A stretch of DNA of 64,000 nt. Source: Squalus acanthias (lineage: Eukaryota). This document shows, one piece after another, positions 1 to 11,912 of the stretch (the first letter of the stretch is position 1; each line of letters starts with the position of its first letter). Both the position numbers and the translations under genes were made by a program. The stretch is from contig CM059431.1 in the NCBI GenBank assembly GCA_030390025.1, forward strand, positions 97,466,001 through 97,530,000. The letters run 5' to 3'. Under the pieces are notes generated by a model, which was not told the origin of the DNA, ran no database searches, and saw nothing but the letters and a program-made list of their open reading frames with translations.

Positions 1-2236
1 CGAGGGCCGTGTCGACCACGGTAGAGGGGAATCCTCGGTTGAGGAAAAAGGAAGACATGTCGGAAGCACTGGTATGGAAGGTGGCATCATCAGAGCAGAT
101 GCGGCGGAGACGGAGAAACTGGGAGAATGGAATAGAGTCCTTACAGGAGGCGGGGTGGGAGGAAGTGTAGTCCAGGTAGCTGTGGGAGTCGGTGGGCTTG
201 TAGTGAATGTTAGTCAATAACCTATCCCCAGAGATGGAGATGGAGAAGTCGAGGAAGGGAAGAGAAGAGTCGGAGATGGACCATGTGAAGGTGAGGGAAG
301 GGTGGAAATTGGAAGCATAGTGAATGAAATGTTCTAGTTCAGGGCGAGAGCAGGAGACGGCACCGATACAGTCATCAATGTACCGGAAAAAGAGGTGAGG
401 GAGGGGACCCGAGTAGGACTGGAACAAAGAGTGTTCCACATATCCCACGAAAAGGCAGGCATAGCTAGGACCCATGCGGGTACCCATAGCAACACCTTTA
501 ATTTGGAGGAAATGGGTAGAGTCAAAGGAGAAGTTGTTCAATGTGAGAACAAGTTCAGCCAGGCGGAGGAGGGTGGTGGTGGATGGGGACTGGTTGGGCC
601 TCTGTTCAAGGAAGAAGCGGAGCGCCCTCAGGCCATCCTGGTGGGGAATGGAGGTGTAGAGGGATTGTACGTCCATAGTGAAGAGGAGACGGTTGGGGCC
701 GGGAAACTGGAAACTGTTAAAATGGCGGAGGGCATCGGAAGAGTCGCGGATGTAGGTGGGAAGAGACTGGACAAGGGGAGAAAAAATAGAGTCGAGATAG
801 GAAGAGATAAGTTCCGTGGGGCAAGAACAGGCTGAAACGATGGGTCTACCGGGGCAGTCCTGTTTGTGGATCTTGGGAAGGAGGTAGAAGCGGGCTGTGC
901 GGGGTTGGGGAACTATGAGGTTGGCGGCCGTGGGGGGAAGATCTCCAGAGGAGATGAGGTCAGTGACAGTCTTGGACACGGTGGCTTGATGTTCGGTAGT
1001 GGGGTCATGGTCCAGGTGGAGGTAGGAGGAGGTGTCAGAGAGTTGGCGTTCAACTTCCGCTAGGTAGAGGTCGGTTCGCCAAACAACAACAGCGCCACCC
1101 TTGTCAGCAGGTTTAATGACAATGTCAGGGTTGGATCGGAGAGAATGGAGTGCTGCAAGTTCAGAGGGAGGTAGGTTGGAGTGAGTGAGGGGAGCAGAGA
1201 AATTGAGCTGGCCGATGTCACGGCGGCAGTTAGCAATGAAAAGATCAAGAGAGGGTAAGAGGCCAGAGGGAGGGGTCCAGGTGGAACGAGAATTCTGAAA
1301 GCGGGAGAAAGGGTCAGCCGTGCGGGGGGAAGACTCCTGGCCAGAGAAGTGGGCACGGAGACGGAGGCGGCGGAAAAAGAGCTCAGCATCGTGCCGAGCT
1401 CGAAATTCATTGAGATGGGGGCGTAAGGGGATGAAGCTCAGGCCTTTGCTGAGGACTGATCGTTCGGAGTCAGAGAGGGGAAGGTCAGAGGGGATAGTGA
1501 AAACGCGGCAGGGGGTGAGATTGGGAGAAGGGGGGTCAGAGGAAAGTGAAGGGGAAGAAGGTTCCGGAGGGGCTTTAGTGTCCAAGAGTTGTTGAAGCTT
1601 GCGATCCTTGACATCGGAAAGGAAGAAGAAAAGTTTTTTGTTGAAGCGTCGGATGAGTCTAAGGATGAAATGGAACTGTGGACCCGGACAGCTTTGAGAT
1701 AGAGTGCGTCGGTGCTGCTGAAGAGAGATGTCGAGAGTGTTCATGTGGCGCCGCATGGCATTGAGCGTGGATCTCAAGATGCGGCGAGAGCAGTAGTTCG
1801 AGGAACGATGAATATCTTGGAGATATTTGTAATCCTGGGTGGATCCGAAACACGAAGGGTGGAAGTTTAGTTGGAATCCACGTGGGATAAGTCGGAACCG
1901 GAGACAGTTGCTGAGGAAAGTAATGTGGCTGTGAAACCGAGTCTTGGCAGATACCTGATCAAACACGAGAAGGGAAACTGAAATCAATGAAGATGAACAA
2001 GGTTGAAGAGCCAAACGGAAATCCCGTCGAAGAGAAGAGCAGAACTTCTTCAAGGTAGGCATTCCAAGAAGAGAGGTGGCAGTGAACCAAACACTAATAC
2101 GATAGCAAAATACTGCAGATGCTGGAAATCCGAAATAACAACAGAAAACGCTGGAAAAACTCAGCAGGCCAGGCAGCATCCGTGGAGAGAGAAAGAGAGT
2201 TGACGTTTCAGGTCGATGACCTTTCATCAGAACTGG
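1..2236 (-). mobile_element. Penelope-like retroelement, 5' two-thirds (pLTR, N-terminal domain, RT); continues beyond the window start; frame disrupted
   Basis: Minus strand from ATG at 2062 reads MPTLKKFC...HITFLSNCLRFRLIPRGFQL, the PLE N-terminal motif. LQIKGVAMGT lies near 480-510 and FRYIDD near 371-389. The pLTR with a hammerhead core is at 2100-2236. Confidence 0.9.
2198..2234 (-). ncRNA. Minimal type I hammerhead ribozyme in the Penelope pLTR
   Basis: Minus strand reads AGTT-CTGATGA-A-AGGTC(ATC)GACCT-GAAAC-GTC-AACT. This gives the CUGANGA and GAAA boxes, stem II AGGTC/GACCT, stem I AGTT/AACT and a palindromic minimal stem III. Confidence 0.8.
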
Positions 2237-3001
2237 GATTAAAGTTAACTACCTTAACGAGCCCACCAGAATTAAACAAAGCACTGGGAAGATTTGGCGG
2301 GCAAATAAGGAACAATCGAAGAGTATAACTTGAGACCTGTGCTGGAACAAGCCAGAGTTCTACAGAGGAGAGTTCCACAGAGATGAGACTGCAGAGACGA
2401 GACTGGCAGTTTTGCAGCCTAGCAGTTTAAAACAAGCTGTTCAAGTCACACAGACAGGCCACAAGCAGGACAGCTGAAGCACAGGAGTTCTCCAGTACAC
2501 AGTTCAACAGAAACAAGACCGTTCAACAAAGAAAGCCAGCAGCGCCAGAAACAGACCGACACGCAAGAAACCAGAGCAATGGTTCCAGTGACCATCAAAC
2601 ACCTCGAGGCACAAGGGCCTTATGAAACTTTTTACTTAAAAGGACTTTAAACCATATCTCAACTGTCAAAGGATTCATTTGGTGAGCCTTATCCCTGGTC
2701 CTCAAGAGTCTAACTTAGCTAGTAAAGTGGGGTTGGGAGGGGTGAGGTATTGTTCTACTGTCATTTCCCTCGTTTGTACCGAAGTTAAGATTGACATGTT
2801 ATGTTTCATCTCTGTTAAATAAACATTGGTTTTCCTCGCACCAATCCACGGGTCTGTTCGTTTGTCCTTATCGCCGCTCGATAAGTCCTGGGCTCAGAAC
2901 TAGGAAGGGGATAGCGATTCGCAACCGCACAGCGGGCAGGACAGTCCAGGAAAACATAACTGGCTGACCTACAAATAAGCCCGAGACAAAAACCCCTTAC
3001 A
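2237..3001 (+). mobile_element. LTR-like segment (5'-truncated by the Penelope element) that cuts off env of element A
   Basis: Non-coding, TATA-like sequence near 2323, AATAAA near 2818, ends in CCTTACA. It does not resemble the LTR of element A. Confidence 0.5.
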
Positions 3002-4794
3002 AGTGATAAACTGGGATGGGAGTTTCTCTCTTCGGAACTATGGGAAAGTATAAGACTAATCCCAACATAGTCAAGTTTGATCCTGATTTACATTCATGTC
3101 TTACAGGGTAGACTTGTATTAGCCCCCTGAATTCACACGTGGTGATATTACTATGATATTTGACCAGAGCATTTAGATACCGATCCTCTATCCAAGAGGG
3201 AATTTTACCTTCTTCAACCAATCTTAAATTCTCTCGTGCTTGTTCTACTAACCAGGATCCGTACATTATGCACACGTCGTTCTGTGCTGCCTCGGTAGAA
3301 GCATTTCTATCTTCTCTGAATATTGCATTTATTGTTGTGGTGAGAGATTCCAATTGTGTAACTACATCTTGTAAATGTACTTCATGATTTGATCTTCACT
3401 AAGTTCTCGATCCTGATTAGTATTTGTTTCTTGTAAAATTTTCTTGAGCTGTGCTCTCGTATCTTTAATTTGTTTATCCAAAGCGGCTAAATCTAAGCTA
3501 CTTACAAGTGATGTTCCTGTATTAAAGACGGTTGCTGCATCATTTACTAAGCTTCACCTCCCTCTACCATGAGTTTCTCTCCCCTTCGGGTTCCCATAGA
3601 TCTGGTCCTCGTGACAAGACCCATAACTATTACCATTTCTAGCCCAGAAATCATCAACAACTTGTTGCAACAGGTTTCCAAACAAGAGGGTGGTTTTTGG
3701 CTTACAAAATTCCGGTAACCCCATATTTGTTAAATTTATTATGACAGGCACTACCTCGTGATGGATCTTATGGTACAGGATCGTGCGTGTAGGAATAACG
3801 ACTAAACCGTTAGTCGGTCCCTCAGTATGGGTAGGGCAGGGGCTGTCTGGAGAGTGGAGGTTTTCAGGGACACTATCTTTGGGTTTAATTTGTACCTTCA
3901 GTCCTTGTGGATATATGGTATTGATACATTTATTTTCGTATACTGTCTCACATACATATATCCCCGCATCCTTTTGCCAAAAATTTCTCCAACAGAAAAT
4001 TTACATAAGAACATCAGACGTAGGAGCAGGTGTTGGTCATTTGGCCCCTCGAGCCTGCTCTGCCATTCAACAAGATCATGGCTGATCTGATCTTGGCCTC
4101 AACTCCACTTCCCAGCCCGCTTCCCATAACCCTTGACTCCCTTACCTTTCAAAAATCTGTCTATCTCCACCTTGAATATATTCAATGACCCAGCCTCCAC
4201 AGCTCTCTGGGGAAGAGAATTCCAAAGATTCACGACCCTCTGAGAGAAGAAATTCCTCCTCATTTCCGATATAAAAGGGTGTCCCCTTATTCTGAAATTA
4301 TGCCTCCTAGTTCTAGATTCCCCCACGAGGGGAAACATCCTCTCTGCATCTACCCTGTCAAGCCCCTCCAGAATCTTATATGTTTCAATAAGATCCCATC
4401 TCATTTGTTTCATTTCTCTCATGTAAGTGACCACCCCGGTTGTATTAAAATTAGTTTGTGTTTTATTGCTCACATCCTTTCTTAGGAATGTCTTATTGTT
4501 CGATTCACATTCGAGACAGAATCCATTATCTTCTTTCACATATATTACAGTAGCCTGTATGGACCCATTATAACATGCGTTGGCTTCCTCATCTGAAGTC
4601 TGATTACTGTTGGTACTGGTGTCGTGTTGATTCGTGCTCCATCCTCCATCTTTACTGATTATGTGAATTCTTTCGGATGGACCCTCTGTCCCACCCCTTT
4701 GAGTTATTGGACTGGGACCTATGTCGAATCCTTGACTGCAGATTACTACAGTGAATAGCTCAACCACTACTATCAACGACCACCACTTCTTCAT
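3002..4794 (-). pseudogene. env: env of element A: signal peptide, Ig-like segment, furin site, fusion-peptide-like segment and heptad region; interrupted and 3'-truncated
   Basis: Starts MKKWWSLIVVVELFTVVICSQG. RGR*SLVNDAATVFNTGTSLVSSLDL has a TGA that is plausibly CGA by CpG decay. CIMYGSWLVEQARENL...IPSWI aligns with env of element B. Confidence 0.85.
4003..4402 (-). mobile_element. CR1 LINE 3' fragment inserted in env A
   Basis: Encodes MRWDLIETYKIL...FFSQRVVNLWNSLP plus the CR1 3' tail. Flanked by ATTT at 3999-4002 and 4403-4406. Confidence 0.9.
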
Positions 4795-7700
4795 TGCACC
4801 TGCGGTACCGGAGTCTCTTCAGCTTCCTCTTCTTCTTCATCGAGGATCCAAGGCGTACTTCTGACCATGCACATGATGGTCCCAGTCTTCTTAGGCTGCT
4901 TCACCTGTGCTTCTGTAGGTCTAAGCTTCATTTGGTTAATATGAAACCATTTGACTTTTTTAGGCAATTGAACTGCATACACCATAGGACTTGCTTTATC
5001 TACTATACTGTACGGTCCCTTATACAGAGGTTCAAAAACTCCTGCTCTGGCGTAGTTTCTTACCATCACTCGGTCTCTGATGTCCCACTCCTGTGGTTTG
5101 GACGGAATCAACAGGAGCTTTAGATCTTGCCAATTTCAGGTGGCAGCATCCAAGTGAAGCTTTATCAGGGTTTCCCATAAATCTTTCAGGAACTTATCCC
5201 TGGTTACTTCCTTGATTTGCTTTTCGGTGAGACTGGGAAATAACAGATGGGCAGGGATCCGCATAGGTCTCCCTGTCACCAATTCATGTGGAGAATATCC
5301 CGTTTCCTTCGATTCCTTACTCCGGATTCCCATGAGGACCAGGGGAAGCACTTCATCCCATTTAGCATGCTGCTCATTCACTTCTTTTCTAAGGGCTAGT
5401 TTCAAGGTGCGGTTCATCCTCTCTACAATCCCAGATGACTGTGGGTTATGGGCCACAAGCCATTTCCTTTCAATTCCCAACATCTTCAGAGTGGCCTGCA
5501 TTACCTTCCCCGTGAAATGGCTTCCCTGATCTGATTCGACCACCTTCAGTAGTCCCCATCTGGAGAATACTTCCCTGACTAATGTTTTTGCTGTTCCCAA
5601 GGCTGTTGCTGATCTACAAGGGAAGGCCTCCACCCACTTGGTGAAATTGTCTACCAGGACTAAACAATATTTATTTCCCTTCTTGGTGGAGGGTAAGGGT
5701 CTGATAAAATCTATCTGACCGCACTGCCACGGCCCTTCAACACGCCGTGTGTGTCCCAGAGGAGCCTTTCTCTTGTGTGGATCCGGGTTGTTAGCGGCGC
5801 ATATTAGACATCTCTTACAAAAGCTCTCCCCATCCTCTCTGAGGTGCGGCCACCATCCCACTTCGTCTATTCTTTTCCAAGTGGTCTTGGGTCCTGGGTG
5901 TCCTGCCCCTGGGCCTCCATGCGCTAACTGAATAAACTCCTCCTGATACCCTTCCGGCACTATCCACTTGTCTTCTTTAAACAGCATTCCCTCCTTAATT
6001 TCTACCTCTCTGGCTCTGTACGGTCCTTCTACCTCTGACCCTTCCTCTTTCTTTTTTATGACTGCCTTCAGTAGCACATCTTTCAACTGAATAGTTTTAA
6101 GGTCGGGAGGGAGAGGCCCTGTATTTGAGGTATGAGTTGTGACATTCACTATCCCCGATTGATACGGGTTCCAGAAAACTCCTTTCTCTGCACCCTTCCT
6201 GGCCAATTCATCGGCCTTCTGATTACCCTCCCATCGAGTTTGCGTTTTTGAATGGGCTTTTACCTTATGGATGTAATAGGCGTGGCCTGTATCCTATACG
6301 GACGCTAAAATGGTGGCTAACATAGGAGCCGTGGTTAAGGGTTTTCTGTCTGCTGATGTGAACCCCCTTCTCGCTCAGATGGCTCGATGCTCAGTACAAG
6401 AATTACAGATGAACATCGACTCGGAACAGACGGTATACGGAGGGAGAAACTCAACAGGATGCGTGACCACATAGGTCACTGCGGCCAGTTCCGCCTGCTG
6501 GGCACTCAGTGGTGGGAAGGGATATTGCTACTTCAGTTCTCCTCGGTGGATCAGAAAGCCCGCAGCCCGTTTTCCGTTTTCCCCCCTCTACAAAGCTGGA
6601 GCCGTCGACATAAATATCTCGTCCCTCTGGATGGATCCCTGCTCTAAATCCTCCCTCAGTTTCCCAGACACCCTCTATAGTACACGTGTGGGGCTCTCCC
6701 GGGTAGTCGAGGTTAACCGTCAGCTTTGGATGAGTTATTCTTTTTGCCTCGATGCCCCTCTCTTGTAATAACAAAGTCCATCTCGCTATCCCAGCACTAG
6801 ATACCGTCCCTTCTTTGATTCTTCCGCCCAGCAGCAAGCGGATCGGAGTGTGGTGGGTCAGTAACACGAGAGCCTGGGTGCTGGTAAACACCGAAAAATG
6901 CTTCACCGCCCAGAAAGTCGGCAGCAGGTGGCGTTCGCAGCGGGAGAAACCCTTTTCCGCCCCTGGGTGCGATGCCACTGGTCGCAAGGGGCTGTTCGGT
7001 TCCTGCAAAAGGACTGCACTTAAACTGGCACCAGTGGCTGCGGCTTCCGAATAGAAGCCCTTGTTAGGGTCCACTGCTCCCAGAGCTGGGGTGGTCTGTA
7101 AGTCCATTTTCCGTTTAACAAACACCTCTTTGCACTTATCGTCCCATCCCCACTTCACTCCTTTCCTCAATAATCTCAGCAGGGGAGCCACAGTCGCAGC
7201 GTACTCATCTATGAACTCTCGACAGTATCCTGTCAGTCCCAAGAATGATCTGAGGGCTGCCTTTGAACTGCCTTTCTCTTTGCTTCATCTATTGCTCGCT
7301 CCCCAGGTCGAATAGTTAGTCCCAAGAACTGAACCTCCTTCTGTGCCTTCTTAGGATTTACTTTAAAGCCTGCTGTTCGGAGTAGCTCCAATAACTCCCC
7401 GTGCTCCTTCTCGCTCTCAGAGAGCAACAGCAAATCGTTTATGTACTGTATCAGTCGATCTGGATGACTGAAGTCCCGTAGACAATTCGCTATGCTCTGG
7501 TGGAAGATTGAGGGGCTATTATGGAACCCTTGTGGGAGACAGCTCCATGTGTATTGCTGTCCCTTAAAGGTGAAGGTGAATTTGTACTGATCCTCTGGAT
7601 GCAGAGGAATTGACCAGAAACCATTTGAAATGTCTAAAACTGTGAATACCCTGGCAGACCTCAGGGTGTTGCTAGTCAGATCCCCCACTGCAGCCACAGT

Positions 7701-9397
7701 AGGTGCACAAGCAGGGATATTCTTGTCCAGGACTCTATAGCCAATGGTCATTCGCCATGAACCGCCCGGTTTCCTAACCGGCCAAATAGGTGAATTCACA
7801 TCTGTAGCCAAGGGTCTCAAGACTCCCCGATCCAGCAAAGATGTCACCGCCTTTTCCAAGTCCCTCTCTGCCTCCTTTGGGAAGGTATATTGTTTCTGAG
7901 GTCGGGACATAGGCTCTCCTCCTATTCTAACCTGCACTCCCGTCACCCGTCCACAATCATGCTTATGAGTGGCGAAAGCTTCCCTGTTCTCTTCCACTAT
8001 CCGCCTATAACTTTCTGGGGTTCTACTCTTCAAAGTCCGCAGGTCATAGGGTCCCGCTGAGGTTGCCACCCACGCCTCTCCATGGTGAGGTGGGATAACC
8101 AATATTTCATCAGTTTTGTCCACTCCACCCCACAAACAGTTATTGTGCATATCTACAACTATATCGTGTGCCAGTAGCCAATCTGATCCCACTACTACCA
8201 TTCCTGGTTGATCCCAACGCATTAAAATACACGTCCACTTGGTTTGCAGTGACCCGACCTTAAATTTTAAGGGGGAGAAATTCAGTATCGCCCCATTTGG
8301 GGCGCAATTATCGGCCGGGTGAAAAGATTAGCGCCTGGCGCTAATTATCGCCACTGACTGGAAACTTCACTTTTAACGCCCCGGGAGGTGATTGGAGCGC
8401 TAAATCAGGCGCTGCACACCTGTCTTAAGGCGCAAAGGCCGAGGAGTGAGGCGCTAACTCAGAGCGCTGGCGAAGCTCATGTAATGTCAGTCAGCAATGG
8501 AACACACACACAATGGCACGGGCCAGTTCTTAAAGGGGATGGATAATCTTGCTTTCCATCCACATCCTGCTCATTGCAGCCTTGAATCTCGGCCTGGAGA
8601 GACCTGCACATCAAATCTGCTGGAAAGAACAATGGAGAGTACCAGGCAAAGAGCTCAGAGTGCAGCCCCCACAGTCTCTTCTAAATCGATACAAGGAATG
8701 GCAAATCAAAATGAACCTGCAAAGTGCTGCTCAGTACCCAAAACTCCTTCACACAACGTTGAATCTCTCCAGAAGTCTCTCTGACTCTCTCTCAGAATGC
8801 ATAGTTCAAAAATGGCACCAACAATAAAAGGCAGGAAGCGGTCACCTTTAAATAGCGCTCCCCCTTTCCCTTCATGACTGCAGAACGCTCCCCTCAACCT
8901 GTCGTTGCTAGCGTCAGGCGGTAAGGCAGGGGGCGCCACTCAATTTCCGCTCCGGGGCGTTACCGAGGCGTTGCGCACTCGACTGACGTCATGATCTGCC
9001 GGCGCAGGAGATCGTGGCGGTAGTGTTTAGCGCCGCCGCAAAATGTCTAGTTAATTTCGCGAGCGGTGCAAACTTCGCCGCGCCTGGGCGCTAGATGCTT
9101 TGCGCCCCATTAGCGCCCTCTTAAGGCGCTAACGGGAGGCGCAACCAACTGAATTTTTCCCCCTAAGGGTTTGGATACTGCCCCAGCCACTGATTTGCCT
9201 GAAAATCCTTTAAGTACATATAGTTTTCCGGTAGACCATGGGGAAGTGTTGGGAGCAACTGAGTTGACTACTGTACTTGAAGCTCCAGTATCTATTAAGT
9301 AATCCCCTTTCTTCCCCTCTACAACTACATTTACACATGGTCTATTGTACTCGTCGTACCGGAGTGGACACAGGTACTCGGGCTGGGCGCGGCCCCA
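4791..9397 (-). pseudogene. pol: pro-pol of element A (protease, RT, tether RNase H, RNase H, integrase), frameshifted
   Basis: Protease LIDTGASSTV; RT LPQGFHNSPSIF and YIND; tether CERHLL..FWAVKHF; second RNase H IYVDGS...KVKAH...GNQKADELA. Integrase shows H..H..CxxC, IDFI, SDQGSHF, PQSSGIVERMN and GPY. Confidence 0.92.
8271..9163. mobile_element. Non-autonomous PIF/Harbinger-type DNA transposon (MITE) inserted in the protease of element A
   Basis: TIRs GGGGGAGAAATTCAG / CTGAATTTTTCCCCC with a TAA target duplication. Removing it restores the protease frame SKPLKFKVGSL. Confidence 0.88.
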
Positions 9398-11053
9398 TCA
9401 CGCTTGTTCATTGAGCGGCCCCTCACAAGTGGACCTTGCCTTCCTGGTGGGCCTTTTGTTCTTTCATAAATTTGGCTACACATTCCACTAGTTCCTTATA
9501 ACTAGGGCCACTTGGCTCGGAGATGTTCACCCGTTTACTTCCTCCTTCTCGCTCCCTTTTAGGCCTCCTACATTCTCTTACAAAATGGCCCCTTCCTCTA
9601 CAATTATGACAAACCCTTTCATTCATCCCCAGGGCAGGCTTGAAGGGTTTACCCTCCTGCTGCCATTTCCTGGGGGTTCCCCCTTTCATTTCGCACACCT
9701 TCCCTTTGGGCTGACCCACTTCCCGCTTCTCATCTTGACAGGACTCGAATAACCTAGTCATTTTCCGTAACACCTTCTCCTCAGTGTGCTCATCATTGGG
9801 ATCGGACCAGTTTTCCATATGAGCCCTTATATCAGACAAACTATGGCCAGTCAGGGTCCTTAACCGATGATTCAATCCCTTTCCTTCTCATTTTTCTCTC
9901 AGGATCTCTCCCCCTCAGGTTTCATTGTACACTACCCAGAGTCCATCAGCAAACTGCCTCGGCCATTCTTTCGGGCCTTGGGTGGTCAATTCTATCTTTT
10001 GAAAAGGATTTCCTACTTCGGCCCCCAATAATTTCCGTAATTCGCCCACCAATTCCCTCCAGTCTGATTTGCCATTCCTATGGGCCTTCGGGAGTCCCCC
10101 ATAAACGTCAGGTTCTAACGTGAACAATAACAGTCTTTTCTTTTCTTCCTTACTGCAATTTGCCATCGAGGCATGTTGCTCTACTATCATTAGATGGTTT
10201 TCTATCTCTCCTCCCCTACTCAATTTTCCTATTTCCTTCGCTAAACTTTTAAGATCGGTTAGGGAGTACTCCTGATGGTACTGCCTTTCTTCCTCCAGAC
10301 CTCCGTCCCCGGCTGTGTCATACTTATACTTAGTGGTACGGAGGGACACATTCTCCCATCCTCCCTTTCCGTGGTTGCATACGCCAGGGGTCTCCAATGT
10401 TCCCCAGGCGGTCCATAGTCTAACTCCTCTTCCTCATCGCTTACACACTCCAGTGCCATCGCACAGACTATCCCCTTTTTGGCAGACAGTTTCCCCTCTA
10501 ATTCCTTAATTCTTCTTTCACATTCTACATGACTTTCTTTCCCCTTCTTTTCTAGAGCAGACTGGTGGGCCACTCTCACTGCTGCTTTCAAGTCCTCATT
10601 CTGCCTTTCGGCCTTGTCTGCTCTCTCCTTTTGTCTGGACACTTCCTGTTCCCATCTATCACTCAGCTTCTGCCCTTCTAGGTATAGAATTTCAGTGAGC
10701 TGCCGCTCCCTTTCACGCTCCCAGTTTTCTCTTTCCTCACTCAGTTCTTTTAACAATCTGTCGACCACCGCCTCCCGATCGCTAGCCCTTGCATTGTTTT
10801 CCTCGATCTTTTTCCTTAACCGGATCTTTTCACATTCATAATTTTTAAATTGTCTCTGGTATGCCATGAGCCAGACAGCTTTTAGTAAACCAAAGCAGCA
10901 GGTAGTACCCTGCGGCCACTGTTCAGCTTCACAGACTGGATCTTCCCCGTCTACGATCACCCGAACCCAACCTTCTTTCAAAAGTAGCTTCCCTGCTATA
11001 TACTTAGTTATTAGTTCATCCATAGCTTTCTTCTTTGGATTTGGGTGTTTCAT
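9398..11053 (-). pseudogene. gag: gag of element A (three frame-shifted pieces)
   Basis: ORFs 10259-11053 (long coiled coil), 9915-10397 (capsid-like) and 9423-9875 (zinc knuckle CHNCRGRGHFVREC), lying between the PBS and protease. Confidence 0.85.
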
Positions 11054-11074
11054 CTTATTTTCCCTTTACGCAGG

Positions 11075-11091
11075 TCCTACCGCGGTCGCCA
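11075..11091 (-). promoter_or_regulatory. Primer-binding site of element A (tRNA uncertain; partial resemblance to tRNA-Arg or tRNA-Ser 3' ends)
   Basis: TGGCGACCGCGGTAGGA begins 1 nt after the LTR end GGCTTACA. Confidence 0.7.
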
Positions 11092-11092
11092 T

Positions 11093-11912
11093 TGTAAGCC
11101 TCGCTGTCCTATTCTCAGGCTTGTAGTTCGGTTTGACCCGTGAATTACAAGGGGAATAATTAATGAATCACCCAAAAGCTCTTGTTAAATAAGGTCGTTT
11201 ATTAAAGGAAAAGAAGTGAGAAAACAAAACAAAAAACGCTTATAGATTGAAATGGCAATACAATGCCCTTCCTAGCCTACCTGGCAATACAATGCCCTTC
11301 TTACTCTACTCTTAGCAATAAAGATGCTCTAGCAATACAATGCCCAAATATGTTTTTAAGTAAATGGTCGTACAATCACCCCGAAGTGGCCAGCTCCTGT
11401 TGATTGCAGCTCTCCTCTCGGCTCCCTTCTTGTTGGCTGTAGCTCTTCTTCCGACCACCCCCGACTGCAGTAACGAAGTTACCTTAACAGCTTCTTTTAT
11501 ATATTTTCCTTTCAATGGTGGACAGGATGTTACATCGCCAAGGCCTCATTGACCTATCGATGATAGCCTTAGATCATGATAGCCAATAATATGTTGCAGT
11601 TTTTGTTTAAACTTAAAGTTAAAGCCAGCATGTGAAGACCACAGTAACAGTTAATTGGCTGGATAGCTCACGCAAATCTCAACCGTCTAGCTGGCAAACT
11701 TTCTGATCAGGATTATTTAGTGAAGAGGCCCACCAAATTCTGTGTTATCTCATCAAGGCCTAATCCTTCATTGTTTACCCAGACGTCTCCTTTAGCTACA
11801 CTTTGTTCCTTATTGATAGCATGTCTGGTTTCACTGCTTTGCTACAGCTCTTGCAAGTTTTAATGTCCAGCTTGAAAATTGTGTCAAAAGAAAAAGGCTT
11901 CTCTTCCTTACA
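11093..11912 (-). repeat. 5' LTR of element A
   Basis: Inverted termini TGTAAG/CTTACA, minus-strand TATA near 11497 and AATAAA near 11200, directly abutting the PBS. Confidence 0.78.

Larger units (their letters stand above)
3002..11912 (-). mobile_element. Endogenous retrovirus-like element A (lokiretrovirus-like), decayed; 3' LTR not in window
   Basis: Order on the minus strand is LTR, PBS, gag (coiled coil plus CCHC), protease, RT, tether RNase H, RNase H, integrase, env. Confidence 0.9.

Noticed and set aside
395..1595. Plus-strand ORFs as genes
   Set aside because: They are antisense shadows of the Penelope ORF.
2237..3001. 3' LTR of element A
   Set aside because: It shows no similarity to 11093-11912, its signals are in the opposite orientation, and env is cut mid-ectodomain.
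4099..4794. 231-aa ORF with a signal peptide as a novel secreted protein
   Set aside because: It is a chance in-frame fusion of the env A N-terminus with an inserted CR1 tail; nothing suggests function.
10990..11023. ITKYIAGK (gag A) versus ITKFIAGK (gag B) as proof of shared gag ancestry
   Set aside because: The match is suggestive but too short to support by eye; it needs a profile alignment.
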